The notes under the pieces were generated by a model, which did not search any database, was not told the origin of the DNA, and saw only the letters and a program-made list of their open reading frames with translations. From Thermoplasmatales archaeon (GTDB lineage: Archaea; Thermoplasmatota; Thermoplasmata; Thermoplasmatales; Thermoplasmataceae): 64,000 nt of DNA. The stretch's first letter is position 1. The number at the start of each line of letters is the position of its first letter. The stretch is from contig DAIDBH010000011.1 in NCBI GenBank assembly GCA_027310185.1, forward strand, positions 64,001 through 128,000, read 5' to 3'. Position numbers and translations under genes: made by a program. This document shows positions 10,762-20,661 of this stretch, one piece after another.

Positions 10762-10931
10762 CAAGCAATATCATAAAGAATTTTTAATATCTAATCAGAA
10801 GTTCATACTGGAAGAGTTTTTCAGGTCAGATGAGGAATAATTTTCGCATTAATATTAAAAAATAATAATGTGTATATTTATTTCATTAAGTTGCAATAAA
10901 GTTTAAAACCATCCGATCAATACTCGTCTTA

Positions 10932-11690
10932 TTGGAAAACAAGACAATATCTATAGTTATCCCTGCATACAACGAGGAATCCCGTATTGCTTCTACAATA
11001 AGGGATATAAAGGGGACTGTAGAAAATCTCAAGGAGATAATTGTTGTTTTTGACGGTTCAGATAGAACTCCTGAAATAGTGGAGTCCATATGCCCGGACT
11101 GCAAGGTAATCCAGCATAATCACAGGCTAGGAAAGGGGAAAGCGGTTAAGGAAGGAATAGAGAAAGCAACTGGAGATATAATCGCATATGTCGATGCAGA
11201 TGGTTCAATTCCCGCATCTGAAGTAAACAGATTATCCTCAATGTTAACAGATAGAAATTTTGTTGTTTCATCAAGGTGGATACGAAGTTCAAGGATAAAG
11301 GTAAAGTAACCAGGTTACAGGATCTTATTTGGCCGTGTATTCCATTACTTTGTATTTTTTCTCTTCAGGATGGATATCAAGGATACCCAGTGTGGTTTAA
11401 AGGTCTTCAGGTCAAAATCTCTTAAGGAGATAATACAGAAAGTACGTGTCTTTGACTGGGCTTTTGATGTATCTGTAATTTATCATGCCATGGAATATGG
11501 GCTCAAGCCGGTTGAGGTAGGTATAGAATGGAATAACGAGCATGGCTCAAAACTCAGGGTCTTCAAGACCATCCCGAAGATGTTTCTATCTGTTTTTGGC
11601 ATGTGGATTATCAACAAGCACTACAAATCAAGCAAAATCAAGACAATAATTGATAAAATTGAGTCAGAGTTCTTCTCAAGAAATATCTAG
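10932..11690 (+). pseudogene. GT2 dolichyl-phosphate glycosyltransferase (DPG/DPM-like) interrupted by an in-frame TAA at 11307-11309
   Basis: ORFs 10932-11309 and 11370-11690 share a frame; IPAYNE, DGS.D, GKG.A, DADGS, then K-V-K-*-PGYRILFGRVF...DTQCGLK. Confidence 0.85.
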
Positions 11691-12679
11691 ATATCTCTGG
11701 TTTGAGTATAACGAAAAATCCTTAGGGATAGGTCGTTTGATAAAATATTTAAGAATAGAAGAATCGAAAGCAATCCATATTCCCTGCCTCCATATCTTGT
11801 AAGATGCTTGATTTCATCAATCATCACTCTGAAACTTCTCACTCTCTGGTACCTGTCATATATTGCCAAATTTCCTTCCATCTTCAACAGCATGAAACTG
11901 AATGGAATATCGTTCACTTTCCTCCTGGAATCCCTGTACGCATTTCTTATATTTTCCATCGACTCTTTGGTAAACTTTAATTTCCTGCTCCTGAAATCTT
12001 CAACATTAGTTTTTAATCCAGTTACACTTTCATGCTTTCTATACATTGTAAGCCTATTTTTGCAGATTGAAATTGAGGATCCCTGGCAGGTACTCAGAAG
12101 GAACAGAATCTTATCCAAACTTCTGTTAGAATGATATAATATCTGAGAAATAGATTTCGCAAACGTTGCCTCCATGGAAGCACACGACACATACCAGTCT
12201 GCCCTCGAAGATAGAACTCTTCCCCATTCCCTTCCTCTTAATCTATCGCTACTGTATACCTTGCAATTCAATGTTTCTCTCTCACCAGCATGAACTGTTT
12301 CGTGTTTCGTATCCTCAGAAATGATATGTATATCATTGTGAACGAATAATACGCTTTTGTGTTCGTCAAAAATCTTTCTTACTAATGCAATCTTGTCAGG
12401 ACTGAACATGTCATCATCATCGAGGAAACAGATCAGGTTTCCAGAACAAGCATCAATCCCAATGGATAGTTTCTTCCCAAAACTCTCTTCATCTGTATAT
12501 ATATTGACAGCTTTTGCTTCTTTCAGAAGAGAATCTATTTCATCATCAACAAAGTTCTTGACAACAACAATTTCTATTTTAACACCTGGGTTTACCTGGT
12601 TTAGCACAGAATTCACGGCTTGCATTAGATACTTTTTTCTGTTATGAGCAGTTATGACCACAGAAACTTTTTCTATCAC
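11687..12679 (-). CDS. Glycosyltransferase family 2
   Basis: SVVITAHNR, CFLDDDD, YRKH motifs. Confidence 0.92.
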   Translation of the reverse strand: MIEKVSVVITAHNRKKYLMQAVNSVLNQVNPGVKIEIVVVKNFVDDEIDSLLKEAKAVNIYTDEESFGKKLSIGIDACSGNLICFLDDDDMFSPDKIALVRKIFDEHKSVLFVHNDIHIISEDTKHETVHAGERETLNCKVYSSDRLRGREWGRVLSSRADWYVSCASMEATFAKSISQILYHSNRSLDKILFLLSTCQGSSISICKNRLTMYRKHESVTGLKTNVEDFRSRKLKFTKESMENIRNAYRDSRRKVNDIPFSFMLLKMEGNLAIYDRYQRVRSFRVMIDEIKHLTRYGGREYGLLSILLFLNILSNDLSLRIFRYTQTRDI

Positions 12680-13764
12680 AGCAACTCACCATAGAGCTCT
12701 ATCATTCTATCTATAATCTCATCCCTGGAAAACTTTTTTCTGAGAGTTTTCTTCAATCTATCCTGATCTTCTATCTTCATATCACTTTCAAGTAACTCAT
12801 GCATCTGTTCAGGGTTGATGGCAATTTTCAGACCTCCCATTTCCTGCAGTTCACTGGCTATTCCTGCATTGTTTGCAATTACCATAGTCCCCAGATATGA
12901 AGATTCCACCATGGATATTCCGAATCCCTCAAAGATGGAACCGGAAAGGTAAAACCTGGCCGATCTCATGAGGGAAAACAGCTCTTCTTCGTTTATGGAA
13001 CCAAGAACTCTCAGTTCAACTTTCATCTGATCTGCCGCTGCCTTGATTTTCTCAAAGTAACTCCTGTCAGGTATATTACCACAGAGTACTAACGGTACCC
13101 TGATTCCTTTCATTGCTTCCAGGATAAACTCAATATTCTTATTCCTTTGAAGTCCTCCCGCGTGGATAAAAAAGTTATCTTTAACGAGGTTGTATTTTTC
13201 CAGGACATTATCACTGATTGATACTCCATCTATCCTGTTGAAATCCACAGGGTTTGGAAGAACGGTTAACCTGTCAGATATCTTAGGAAACATTCTTTCA
13301 GAAATTCTCCTTTCCTCTTCTGTCAGGCAAATTATCCTATCGAACTTATTCAGATAGGATGGCATAAACCTGCCATAATAAAGACTGTTGAAAATTCCAC
13401 CATAGATGAGTTGATAGTAACCGTGTGCTGTAAATACTTTCTTTGATTTAATCCGATCAAGATGGGTATACAGGTAATCGGAGCTCCACACTCTCTGGCC
13501 CTGAACGTGAAGAATATCGCAATCTGAAGTTTCAATTTCCTTCCAGTATCCAGATCCCGGGAACCTGAATTTTCCTATCCTCTTAAGTTTTATACCGTGA
13601 TATAACACGTTTTCCTCATTTTTTAGTTGTTTCAGGTCATCATAGTCCGAATAAACATGAACAGTATTATTCCTTGAGGCCAGTCCATCAACTATGGTCT
13701 TCACAACAGTCTCGGTTCCACCGGAATGTGGATAGTAGTGATGGCTCGTCTGTGCAATCTTCAT
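12676..13764 (-). CDS. Glycosyltransferase family 4
   Basis: YYPHSGGTE, NPVD, KN, EGFGISMVES. Confidence 0.92.
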   Translation of the reverse strand: MKIAQTSHHYYPHSGGTETVVKTIVDGLASRNNTVHVYSDYDDLKQLKNEENVLYHGIKLKRIGKFRFPGSGYWKEIETSDCDILHVQGQRVWSSDYLYTHLDRIKSKKVFTAHGYYQLIYGGIFNSLYYGRFMPSYLNKFDRIICLTEEERRISERMFPKISDRLTVLPNPVDFNRIDGVSISDNVLEKYNLVKDNFFIHAGGLQRNKNIEFILEAMKGIRVPLVLCGNIPDRSYFEKIKAAADQMKVELRVLGSINEEELFSLMRSARFYLSGSIFEGFGISMVESSYLGTMVIANNAGIASELQEMGGLKIAINPEQMHELLESDMKIEDQDRLKKTLRKKFSRDEIIDRMIELYGELL

Positions 13765-14537
13765 TTATTTTCCTTTTCGAGGGCGTCCCTTATCAACTTT
13801 ATTCCGTCAATTAATTTCATCGGGTCCCTGACAATTGTATTATGAGCGATCAATTCATCTGCCTCTTCAACTATGAACGGCTTCTTTTCCGTCCTTATCT
13901 TCTTTCCTGTTACTTTCTCTACCATTGATATAACTTCATTAACACTCGTTCCTACACCAGAACCAATCTCATAATCTCCTGGTTTTATATTTCCTTTCAC
14001 TACCTCAAGAACTGTTTTGGCAAGATCAAGTACATTAACATAATCTCTCACATGGCTTCCATCGCCGTAAATTGTTGCAATCTCATCCTTCAATGCTGCA
14101 TTGGTGAAAAGATAGACTGCCCCCTTTCTTGCAGCTGTTCCATATATGTTGAAGAGACGAAAAATGATTGCCCTTGTGGAATATAATTTCCTGTACAGAT
14201 TTATCCACTCAACCGCCTGTTTTTTTGTAAGGGAATAGGGGTTGGATGGTTCAGCTGTTGACCCGGAGGAAGGGAAGAGGAATATGGCATCATGCTTTCT
14301 GGCTAACTCAAGATATTTCATGGTAAGACCTAAACCATCCTCAAAATACTCATAAGGCTTTGAAAAGGAGTTTCTTATGAGTGTCCTGGCCCCAAAATGA
14401 AGTATAATATCATATTTCTTCTTTTCATCTACAGTATCCCCAAGATCCACGCCGTCTGGATTATATCCATTATCCTGAAGGCATTTCATTATCTCTGTTC
14501 CTATAAATCCCTTGCTTCCTGTAACCAGTATATTCAT
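13761..14537 (-). CDS. NAD-dependent nucleotide-sugar epimerase/dehydratase
   Basis: ILVTGSKGFIG, YSLTK (YxxxK), RLFNIYG, GDGSHVRDYV; start placed at MNILVTG (alternatives up to 14591). Confidence 0.9.
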   Translation of the reverse strand: MNILVTGSKGFIGTEIMKCLQDNGYNPDGVDLGDTVDEKKKYDIILHFGARTLIRNSFSKPYEYFEDGLGLTMKYLELARKHDAIFLFPSSGSTAEPSNPYSLTKKQAVEWINLYRKLYSTRAIIFRLFNIYGTAARKGAVYLFTNAALKDEIATIYGDGSHVRDYVNVLDLAKTVLEVVKGNIKPGDYEIGSGVGTSVNEVISMVEKVTGKKIRTEKKPFIVEEADELIAHNTIVRDPMKLIDGIKLIRDALEKENK

Positions 14538-14596
14538 AGAAGCTAATTTATTCATGTGTAAAAATCTTTTAGATGGCTTTTTCTTGCACACTCAAT

Positions 14597-15709
14597 TCAT
14601 TCATTCCTTACTTTTTCTATGAATTTATAAAATAAATTGTTCACTTTTGTTAATTCATAGTTTTTCATGAAGAACTCATACGCCAGTTCGCCCTGTTTTC
14701 TGGTCTCACTTTTATTTACTGCCAACTTATTAATCTCATCTAAAATGGAATTAACATCCGGCTCTATGAACGTCATAAATGCCTCACTTTCATCTCCGCC
14801 AAAGGCTCCTTCCAGGAATCTGGATGTTACAATCTTACAACGTGCGGACATTGCTTCAATAATTGTGTTTGGGAAAGAGTCCCAGAGTGTTGGGTAGATA
14901 AAAACATCGCTTCTGCAATATATCCTGTTCAGTTCTTCATCTGTTACGATTCCCATGAAGTTTACATTGTTCAATGTTGAATAATCCTCCTTTTCAAGGC
15001 TGCCTGCACCAACAACATCAAGTGCACAGTCCTCTCTTTTGAGGCATCTCCAGGCATCAAGCAGAATTTGAATGCCCTTTATTGTCTCAAGTCTCCCAAC
15101 AAAGAGAAATCTTGTTGAATCTCCTGTCTTTTTGTCACAATCTCTAGAAGGAGTACCATTCGGAATCACAGAAACTTTAGCCTTTTTTCCTAATATGCCT
15201 TCAATCCTCTCCCTGCCAGGAAATACCTGAAAATATGAAATGTCCCTGTATATTATGCCACTACTGTAGATCTTCGCCTTTAGCCTGGAAAAAAAGCCAT
15301 CATTGCCAAATTCGGTATGGTTACTTCCAATTATCTTCTTTCCCCTGAATAGTTTCCAGTACTGGTTCTTTGTCAAATATACGACATCGACATCAGATAG
15401 ATTTAATTTCTTTCTATATGAATTTTTAAAAAGAGTTAGTATCAGAGGTATCATTGCATTATCCAGCAGGAATGAAAGCACTCTTGACTTTCTAAGAAAA
15501 TTTAATTTATTTTCAAGTAAATTCAGCGTTTGTTGTTCGTCAAATTCAGGGATTTCTGTCTTAATTGAAAATCTTGCCCTGTCAGCATAATCTGTCGATA
15601 TAAGTATTATCCTCTGGCCTTCTGGTTTGCCCTTAACTGTATTGAGAGTCCACCTTTCCACACCTCCACCCATTTTTAAGTCTGTTGTCAGGAAGATGGC
15701 TAATGACAT
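14597..15709 (-). CDS. Glycosyltransferase family 4
   Basis: GGGVE, IPNG, FVGRLETIKG, DSFPNTIIEAM. Confidence 0.92.
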   Translation of the reverse strand: MSLAIFLTTDLKMGGGVERWTLNTVKGKPEGQRIILISTDYADRARFSIKTEIPEFDEQQTLNLLENKLNFLRKSRVLSFLLDNAMIPLILTLFKNSYRKKLNLSDVDVVYLTKNQYWKLFRGKKIIGSNHTEFGNDGFFSRLKAKIYSSGIIYRDISYFQVFPGRERIEGILGKKAKVSVIPNGTPSRDCDKKTGDSTRFLFVGRLETIKGIQILLDAWRCLKREDCALDVVGAGSLEKEDYSTLNNVNFMGIVTDEELNRIYCRSDVFIYPTLWDSFPNTIIEAMSARCKIVTSRFLEGAFGGDESEAFMTFIEPDVNSILDEINKLAVNKSETRKQGELAYEFFMKNYELTKVNNLFYKFIEKVRNE

Positions 15710-15789
15710 TCATATCAGGATTGCCTCTGATTATATATGTTTTCAATTTTGCATAATTTTTAAACCATTGTTTCGATCAGTGTGAGGAA

Positions 15790-17631
15790 ATGGATTTGTT
15801 GGCAAGCGAGGATTATCAAACGGATAAGCACGTGAATGACAGGGCTGAAAGAAGTTTTAACCTAGGAAATATTCTCAGTGAACTAAGCAAGCTCAAATGG
15901 GTCCTGTTTATTTTCATATCTTTCTCAATAATTTACTCGGCAGTTTCGTATTTGAGATATTCAGCATTTTCGGAAAATGTTTTTGATTTAGGTCTAGCAT
16001 CATCACTCTCTTATAATGTAGTTTATGGACAGACATTTCTCGGTCAGATAATGAGCGGGGGAGTTGCCGCAAATAAGCTGATATATATTCCAATCGGATT
16101 GGTATATGCCATATTTCCAAAGGAGTATTTTCTTCTGTTCATCCAGGATTTTTTTCTATCCTTCTCTGGCGTTGCAATTTACATGATTGCCAGTGAAGTG
16201 CTCAAATCAAGAAGATTCTCTTTATTGATCAGTGTGATCTTTTACGTTTATTACCCACTTTCCGGTGTTTTCTGGTTTGATTTCCATTATATGGCATTCT
16301 TTCCAACATTCTTCCTCCTTGGGGTATATTACTATCTCAAAAAGGACACATCAAAGTGGATGATTTTCTTTTCCCTGGCATCTATCACAGACCTCATGTC
16401 CCCAGTTATTGTATTCCTGTTCATTGCTATTATGGTACTCCAGAGGAGGAGATCTACTGGTAGTTTTAAAATCAGTCAGGCCGAATTATCAGAAGCGATT
16501 TTAACAGTCATCATATTCATACTTCCAAGTATATATTACCTGAAATTTTATCCTTCTCACTATATTGGCATAGATTTAAACCCTGGGATTTACGGTAATA
16601 TATGGTTCAAGAGTGAATTCTTTATCAGGATCCTGTTGCCATTCCTATTTATACCTCTTCTTGGAATTGAATTCCTGATCCTGCTTTTACCCTATGGCCT
16701 GCTCCTTTTCTCAAATTCATACTGGCCATATGAATCTCAGATACTCTTCCAGTATCCAAGCCTTTATGTATCAACACTGTTCATTTCATTCATCTTTGGA
16801 CTGAAGAGATTCATTAGAATATCAGGAAAGAGGTTCAATGTTAAAAAATTGCTTGTGATTATATTGATCCTAAACATAGTTCTATTCTATCTCTTTACAC
16901 CCATTGGAAATATAGTCCCAGTACAGCAGAACGACCATCCACAGGAGGAATATATTGTGGGGTCTTCAACGATTCTATATAGTACATACGAGAAGGTGGT
17001 TCCCACTAAGGCTGACAGTTATCTCATGTCATTCATCAACAAAATTCCTCATGGCTCATCTGTACTTATAGCTGGAAATTTACCAGAGTTGGAACAGGGA
17101 TATACACCGGTCTGTCTAAATTCAAATTTCAACACGAGTATGCCGGAGTATATTATAACAGATCCGTACAGTTATTTCTTTACTTCTCCTGTAGCATCTG
17201 GAGCGCAACTCAATAATTCTCCCATAATCAAAATAAATTACCTGCTGAATAATTTCAATTACAGGCTGACTTATTACTATAAGGGGGATGCCTTATATCA
17301 ATATAGGTCGGTTTCCTCACCAGAAGTATATGGGTTGCTAAATGAAACTGTACCATCAGTGGTACAGAAAGGTGGGGAAATGAGCTATTATAATGTAAGC
17401 CTCATTGCTCCAGGCTGTTACAATCTTACACTGAAGGGGTTGACCGGAAAGAATAATCTCTCATTAGAATTAGGAAATAAGCAAATATCTGTCATTGGGA
17501 AGGGAAATAATTTCATAAGGATAAAGGCAAATTCATACTTCAGCAATATAAAAATTTATTTAAGTCTCAATTCACTTAAGGTTGTTAAGCAGGAACTTGA
17601 ATTGAAGCAATATCGCGCTAATAGCAGGTGA
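15790..17631 (+). CDS. DUF2079-like polytopic membrane protein (probable GT-C glycosyltransferase)
   Basis: FDLG in the first loop, FDFH, FQY motifs, ~10 TM helices and a soluble C-terminal domain. Confidence 0.75.
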   Translation: MDLLASEDYQTDKHVNDRAERSFNLGNILSELSKLKWVLFIFISFSIIYSAVSYLRYSAFSENVFDLGLASSLSYNVVYGQTFLGQIMSGGVAANKLIYIPIGLVYAIFPKEYFLLFIQDFFLSFSGVAIYMIASEVLKSRRFSLLISVIFYVYYPLSGVFWFDFHYMAFFPTFFLLGVYYYLKKDTSKWMIFFSLASITDLMSPVIVFLFIAIMVLQRRRSTGSFKISQAELSEAILTVIIFILPSIYYLKFYPSHYIGIDLNPGIYGNIWFKSEFFIRILLPFLFIPLLGIEFLILLLPYGLLLFSNSYWPYESQILFQYPSLYVSTLFISFIFGLKRFIRISGKRFNVKKLLVIILILNIVLFYLFTPIGNIVPVQQNDHPQEEYIVGSSTILYSTYEKVVPTKADSYLMSFINKIPHGSSVLIAGNLPELEQGYTPVCLNSNFNTSMPEYIITDPYSYFFTSPVASGAQLNNSPIIKINYLLNNFNYRLTYYYKGDALYQYRSVSSPEVYGLLNETVPSVVQKGGEMSYYNVSLIAPGCYNLTLKGLTGKNNLSLELGNKQISVIGKGNNFIRIKANSYFSNIKIYLSLNSLKVVKQELELKQYRANSR

Positions 17632-19358
17632 TTTACATAGAAAGGGAGAATCTTGAGAACTTTGATCTAATAATCCAGAGAATTGGATTTCTTGCTCTGG
17701 GTATTCTCCTGATTTATCTTCCATATAGCATATATGGTTATGTTGGCTACTCTGGCCCATTCTATATAATGATAGAATTTATCCTGGCAATCTTCGGCTT
17801 CCTGTTCATAGTCCTATCAACGCTAACAGGTAAAAGAAGGGAAATAACAAAACGATTTCTCAAACTGGTAATCATTATTGCCATTATTAGTGTCGGTTCT
17901 GTAATTTTTGTAATCGGCATGTCAATGAAGCAAACATACACAGATGAATTTGCCATAGAAGTATTATCTGCAAAGAGATTTCTATCAGGGTTAGATCCCT
18001 ACGGCTTCCAGTATGCTCTAAAGAGTATAGAATCATATGGAGTACCTCTCTCCAGCCTCACTCCAAAGCTTTCTGGAGGTTACGTTACTAACCTTCAGTA
18101 TCCAGATTTATCCTTTCTAATACTGATACCATTCATCCTTCTTCACATAAATCCAGAGATAGTTCTCTTCCTTTTCACATTACTGCTTCTAAGTCTTATC
18201 GCCCTGGAATTTATTGAAAGAGATCTTGCGTTCATGGCTCCTCTCGCTCTTGCTGTAGCCCTCTTCAACATAAACCTGATATTCTTTTCATTAAACGGAA
18301 TAACAGACATAATATGGATCACCCTGCTGGCGTCTTCCCTGATGCTGCTCCAGAAACGTTTCATTCCTGGCATTCTATTTGGTCTTTCTCTGGCATCTAA
18401 GCAGCTACCCATATTCATCCTTCCATTCCTCTTGATTTTTATATACAAGAGGTATGGGACGAAAAAATTGGCTGAGTTTACCATAATGGCCGCGCTATCT
18501 TTTATTCTATTAAATCTGCCGTTTATCATAATGGGCCCAACGACGTTCTTCAATTCAATTCTTGCACCCGAAAATGCACCCATAATAGGTATAGGATTCG
18601 GGTTATCGCAATTTTATATATCGGGATATATCCCATTTGCAGATAGGGAATTTTTCACAACTTTAATGATATCCGTCTGGATGTTTTTCGTGTTGATTTA
18701 TGCGTATAAATTTGACACTTTGAAATACTCGTTAACGGCCCTTCCAATCATAGTCCTGATTTTCAATTTCAGGCTACTCGAGAATTATTTAATGTACTGG
18801 CCAATACTGACCCTTTCAACGCTCCCATATATAATAAGGAAGGGAAATACTGCTGAAGCAAGAAATGATTTTTCAGTACCTTCACTTCACAAGTTTTACA
18901 AAGCAATCCATCTGGATAGGGCCAAAATAACAAAAATTTACAGGATAATGGTACCGGTGCTGGTAGTACTGATCATATTACTCCCAACGGTGGTTTTCCT
19001 TGAGAACGATACATCATACAGGCAAAAAATTAAAATAGAATCGGTAACCCCCGAAGGAATGAATAGCACTGGAAGCGTAAACTGTCTCTATGTTAACGTT
19101 TCATATTCAAACCAGATCAACAATCTATCCCTAAGGTTCAGGATACTTGAAGATGGTTTTCTGAGCAATCCAAATGGGTTTTTCTGGAATTCTACTGAAT
19201 TTGAACCCGCTTCAGGACACCTGTATACATCCTTTCATATACACACAAACGACACATCCTATTTCCTCGAAGAACATAACAGCTATGTAATCATAGCGTA
19301 TAATTCGGACCTGGAAACCTGGTATCACATAGATATAGGAAAGAACATTAACGTTTAG
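17628..19358 (+). CDS. GT-C fold membrane glycosyltransferase (GT87/DUF2029-like)
   Basis: TDE, DPY, YP, SKQ, NLPF motifs; many TM helices; GTGA overlap with the upstream gene. Confidence 0.7.
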   Translation: MIYIERENLENFDLIIQRIGFLALGILLIYLPYSIYGYVGYSGPFYIMIEFILAIFGFLFIVLSTLTGKRREITKRFLKLVIIIAIISVGSVIFVIGMSMKQTYTDEFAIEVLSAKRFLSGLDPYGFQYALKSIESYGVPLSSLTPKLSGGYVTNLQYPDLSFLILIPFILLHINPEIVLFLFTLLLLSLIALEFIERDLAFMAPLALAVALFNINLIFFSLNGITDIIWITLLASSLMLLQKRFIPGILFGLSLASKQLPIFILPFLLIFIYKRYGTKKLAEFTIMAALSFILLNLPFIIMGPTTFFNSILAPENAPIIGIGFGLSQFYISGYIPFADREFFTTLMISVWMFFVLIYAYKFDTLKYSLTALPIIVLIFNFRLLENYLMYWPILTLSTLPYIIRKGNTAEARNDFSVPSLHKFYKAIHLDRAKITKIYRIMVPVLVVLIILLPTVVFLENDTSYRQKIKIESVTPEGMNSTGSVNCLYVNVSYSNQINNLSLRFRILEDGFLSNPNGFFWNSTEFEPASGHLYTSFHIHTNDTSYFLEEHNSYVIIAYNSDLETWYHIDIGKNINV

Positions 19359-19557
19359 GACAGTCATGTTAAATGAAAGGATCTTTTTTCATCTGATATT
19401 TTGTCTGACAGAAAGTGTTTTTTCTTTTAAATGTTGATATAGATTATTATACATCTGCATAAGCATTCTTTTAAAGGAGCAAAATATTTTTAAATATTGA
19501 CATAGAAAAAATTTAATATCCTAGAAGATATTATGTGAACCATATGGGGGGAGCTTT

Positions 19558-20604
19558 ATTCCTGAACTATCTGTCATAATTCCGACATACAACGAATCAA
19601 AGAACATACCTATATTGATACACCGTCTGGAGGATATGAATATAGATCACCAAATAGTAGTTGTAGATGATAATAGTCCTGACGGTACATCAGATGTCGT
19701 AGAAAAGCTTGCATCTAAATATAAAAATATTGTTCTAGTTAAAAGGGAAGGTAAACTGGGTATTGCTACGGCAATCAGGGACGGAATGCTGGCCTCAAAC
19801 AGCAAATATGTAATTGTTATGGATAGTGATTTACAGCATCCCCCTGAAGTTGTTCCTAAGATTTTAAGAGAACTCAAGAAGGGGAAGGATGTTGCTATCG
19901 CATCCAGATACATCAGGGGAGGAAAGAGTGACTTCAGCTTCTCTAGAGGAATAATATCAAAGGTGGCAACACTATTAGCGCACATAAATTTACAGGAAAC
20001 GGAAGGAATAAAAGATCCGATGTCTGGATTTTTCGGGTTCAGGAGAGATATCATACAACCAGAACAGATAAAGTCAAATGGTTATAAAGTTCTCCTTGAA
20101 GTGCTGGTTGCTTCGGGAACCAGGAATGTAGTCGAGGTACCATATAGATTCAATAAGAGAGCAACAGGAAAAAGTAAATTCGGCATCAAGGAGTTCATAA
20201 GATACTTAAAGTTGTTACTCAATCTTTCAGATTACCTGATGATCAAATTCCTCGTTGTTGGGGTTTCAGGAGCTATTCTTAACCTGTTATTGATGAAGAT
20301 AATAGTAGGTGGTTTTCATGATCCACTCTATATGGGGGCTATACTGGCACTTGAAGCATCTATCGTCAGCAATTTCATACTAAACAATTACTGGACATAT
20401 CGCAGAAGAAGAAGTAGCGGTTCAGTCCTAAGAAAATATGCAAGGTATAACATGATGAGCAGTCTTGGATCTGCAATATATTTCGCAATGATATTCCTGC
20501 TCACTGCATTCAGTGTAAACTATATGCTTGCAACAGGTATTGGAATCCTAGCATCATTCTCGACAAACTTTGGTGGAAGTCAGGGTGTTGTCTGGCATCT
20601 CTGA
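19558..20604 (+). CDS. Dolichol-phosphate mannosyltransferase fused to a C-terminal GtrA-like domain
   Basis: Frame extends upstream of the called TTG (19615) as (I)PELSVIIPTYNE; DDNSPDGT, MDSDLQHPP, DPMSGFF, then KFLVVG...SNFILN.YWTY GtrA pattern; start uncertain. Confidence 0.88.
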   Translation: MPELSVIIPTYNESKNIPILIHRLEDMNIDHQIVVVDDNSPDGTSDVVEKLASKYKNIVLVKREGKLGIATAIRDGMLASNSKYVIVMDSDLQHPPEVVPKILRELKKGKDVAIASRYIRGGKSDFSFSRGIISKVATLLAHINLQETEGIKDPMSGFFGFRRDIIQPEQIKSNGYKVLLEVLVASGTRNVVEVPYRFNKRATGKSKFGIKEFIRYLKLLLNLSDYLMIKFLVVGVSGAILNLLLMKIIVGGFHDPLYMGAILALEASIVSNFILNNYWTYRRRRSSGSVLRKYARYNMMSSLGSAIYFAMIFLLTAFSVNYMLATGIGILASFSTNFGGSQGVVWHL

Positions 20605-20661
20605 TAGAGGAATAACAATCTTTAACAACTTCTTTGAAATTTAGCTCAATTTGATCTGCAT

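Noticed and set aside
11307-11309. Stop-codon recoding (Sec/Pyl) in the split GT2 gene
   Set aside because: The codon is TAA, which is not recoded; a Gln CAA>TAA mutation explains it more simply
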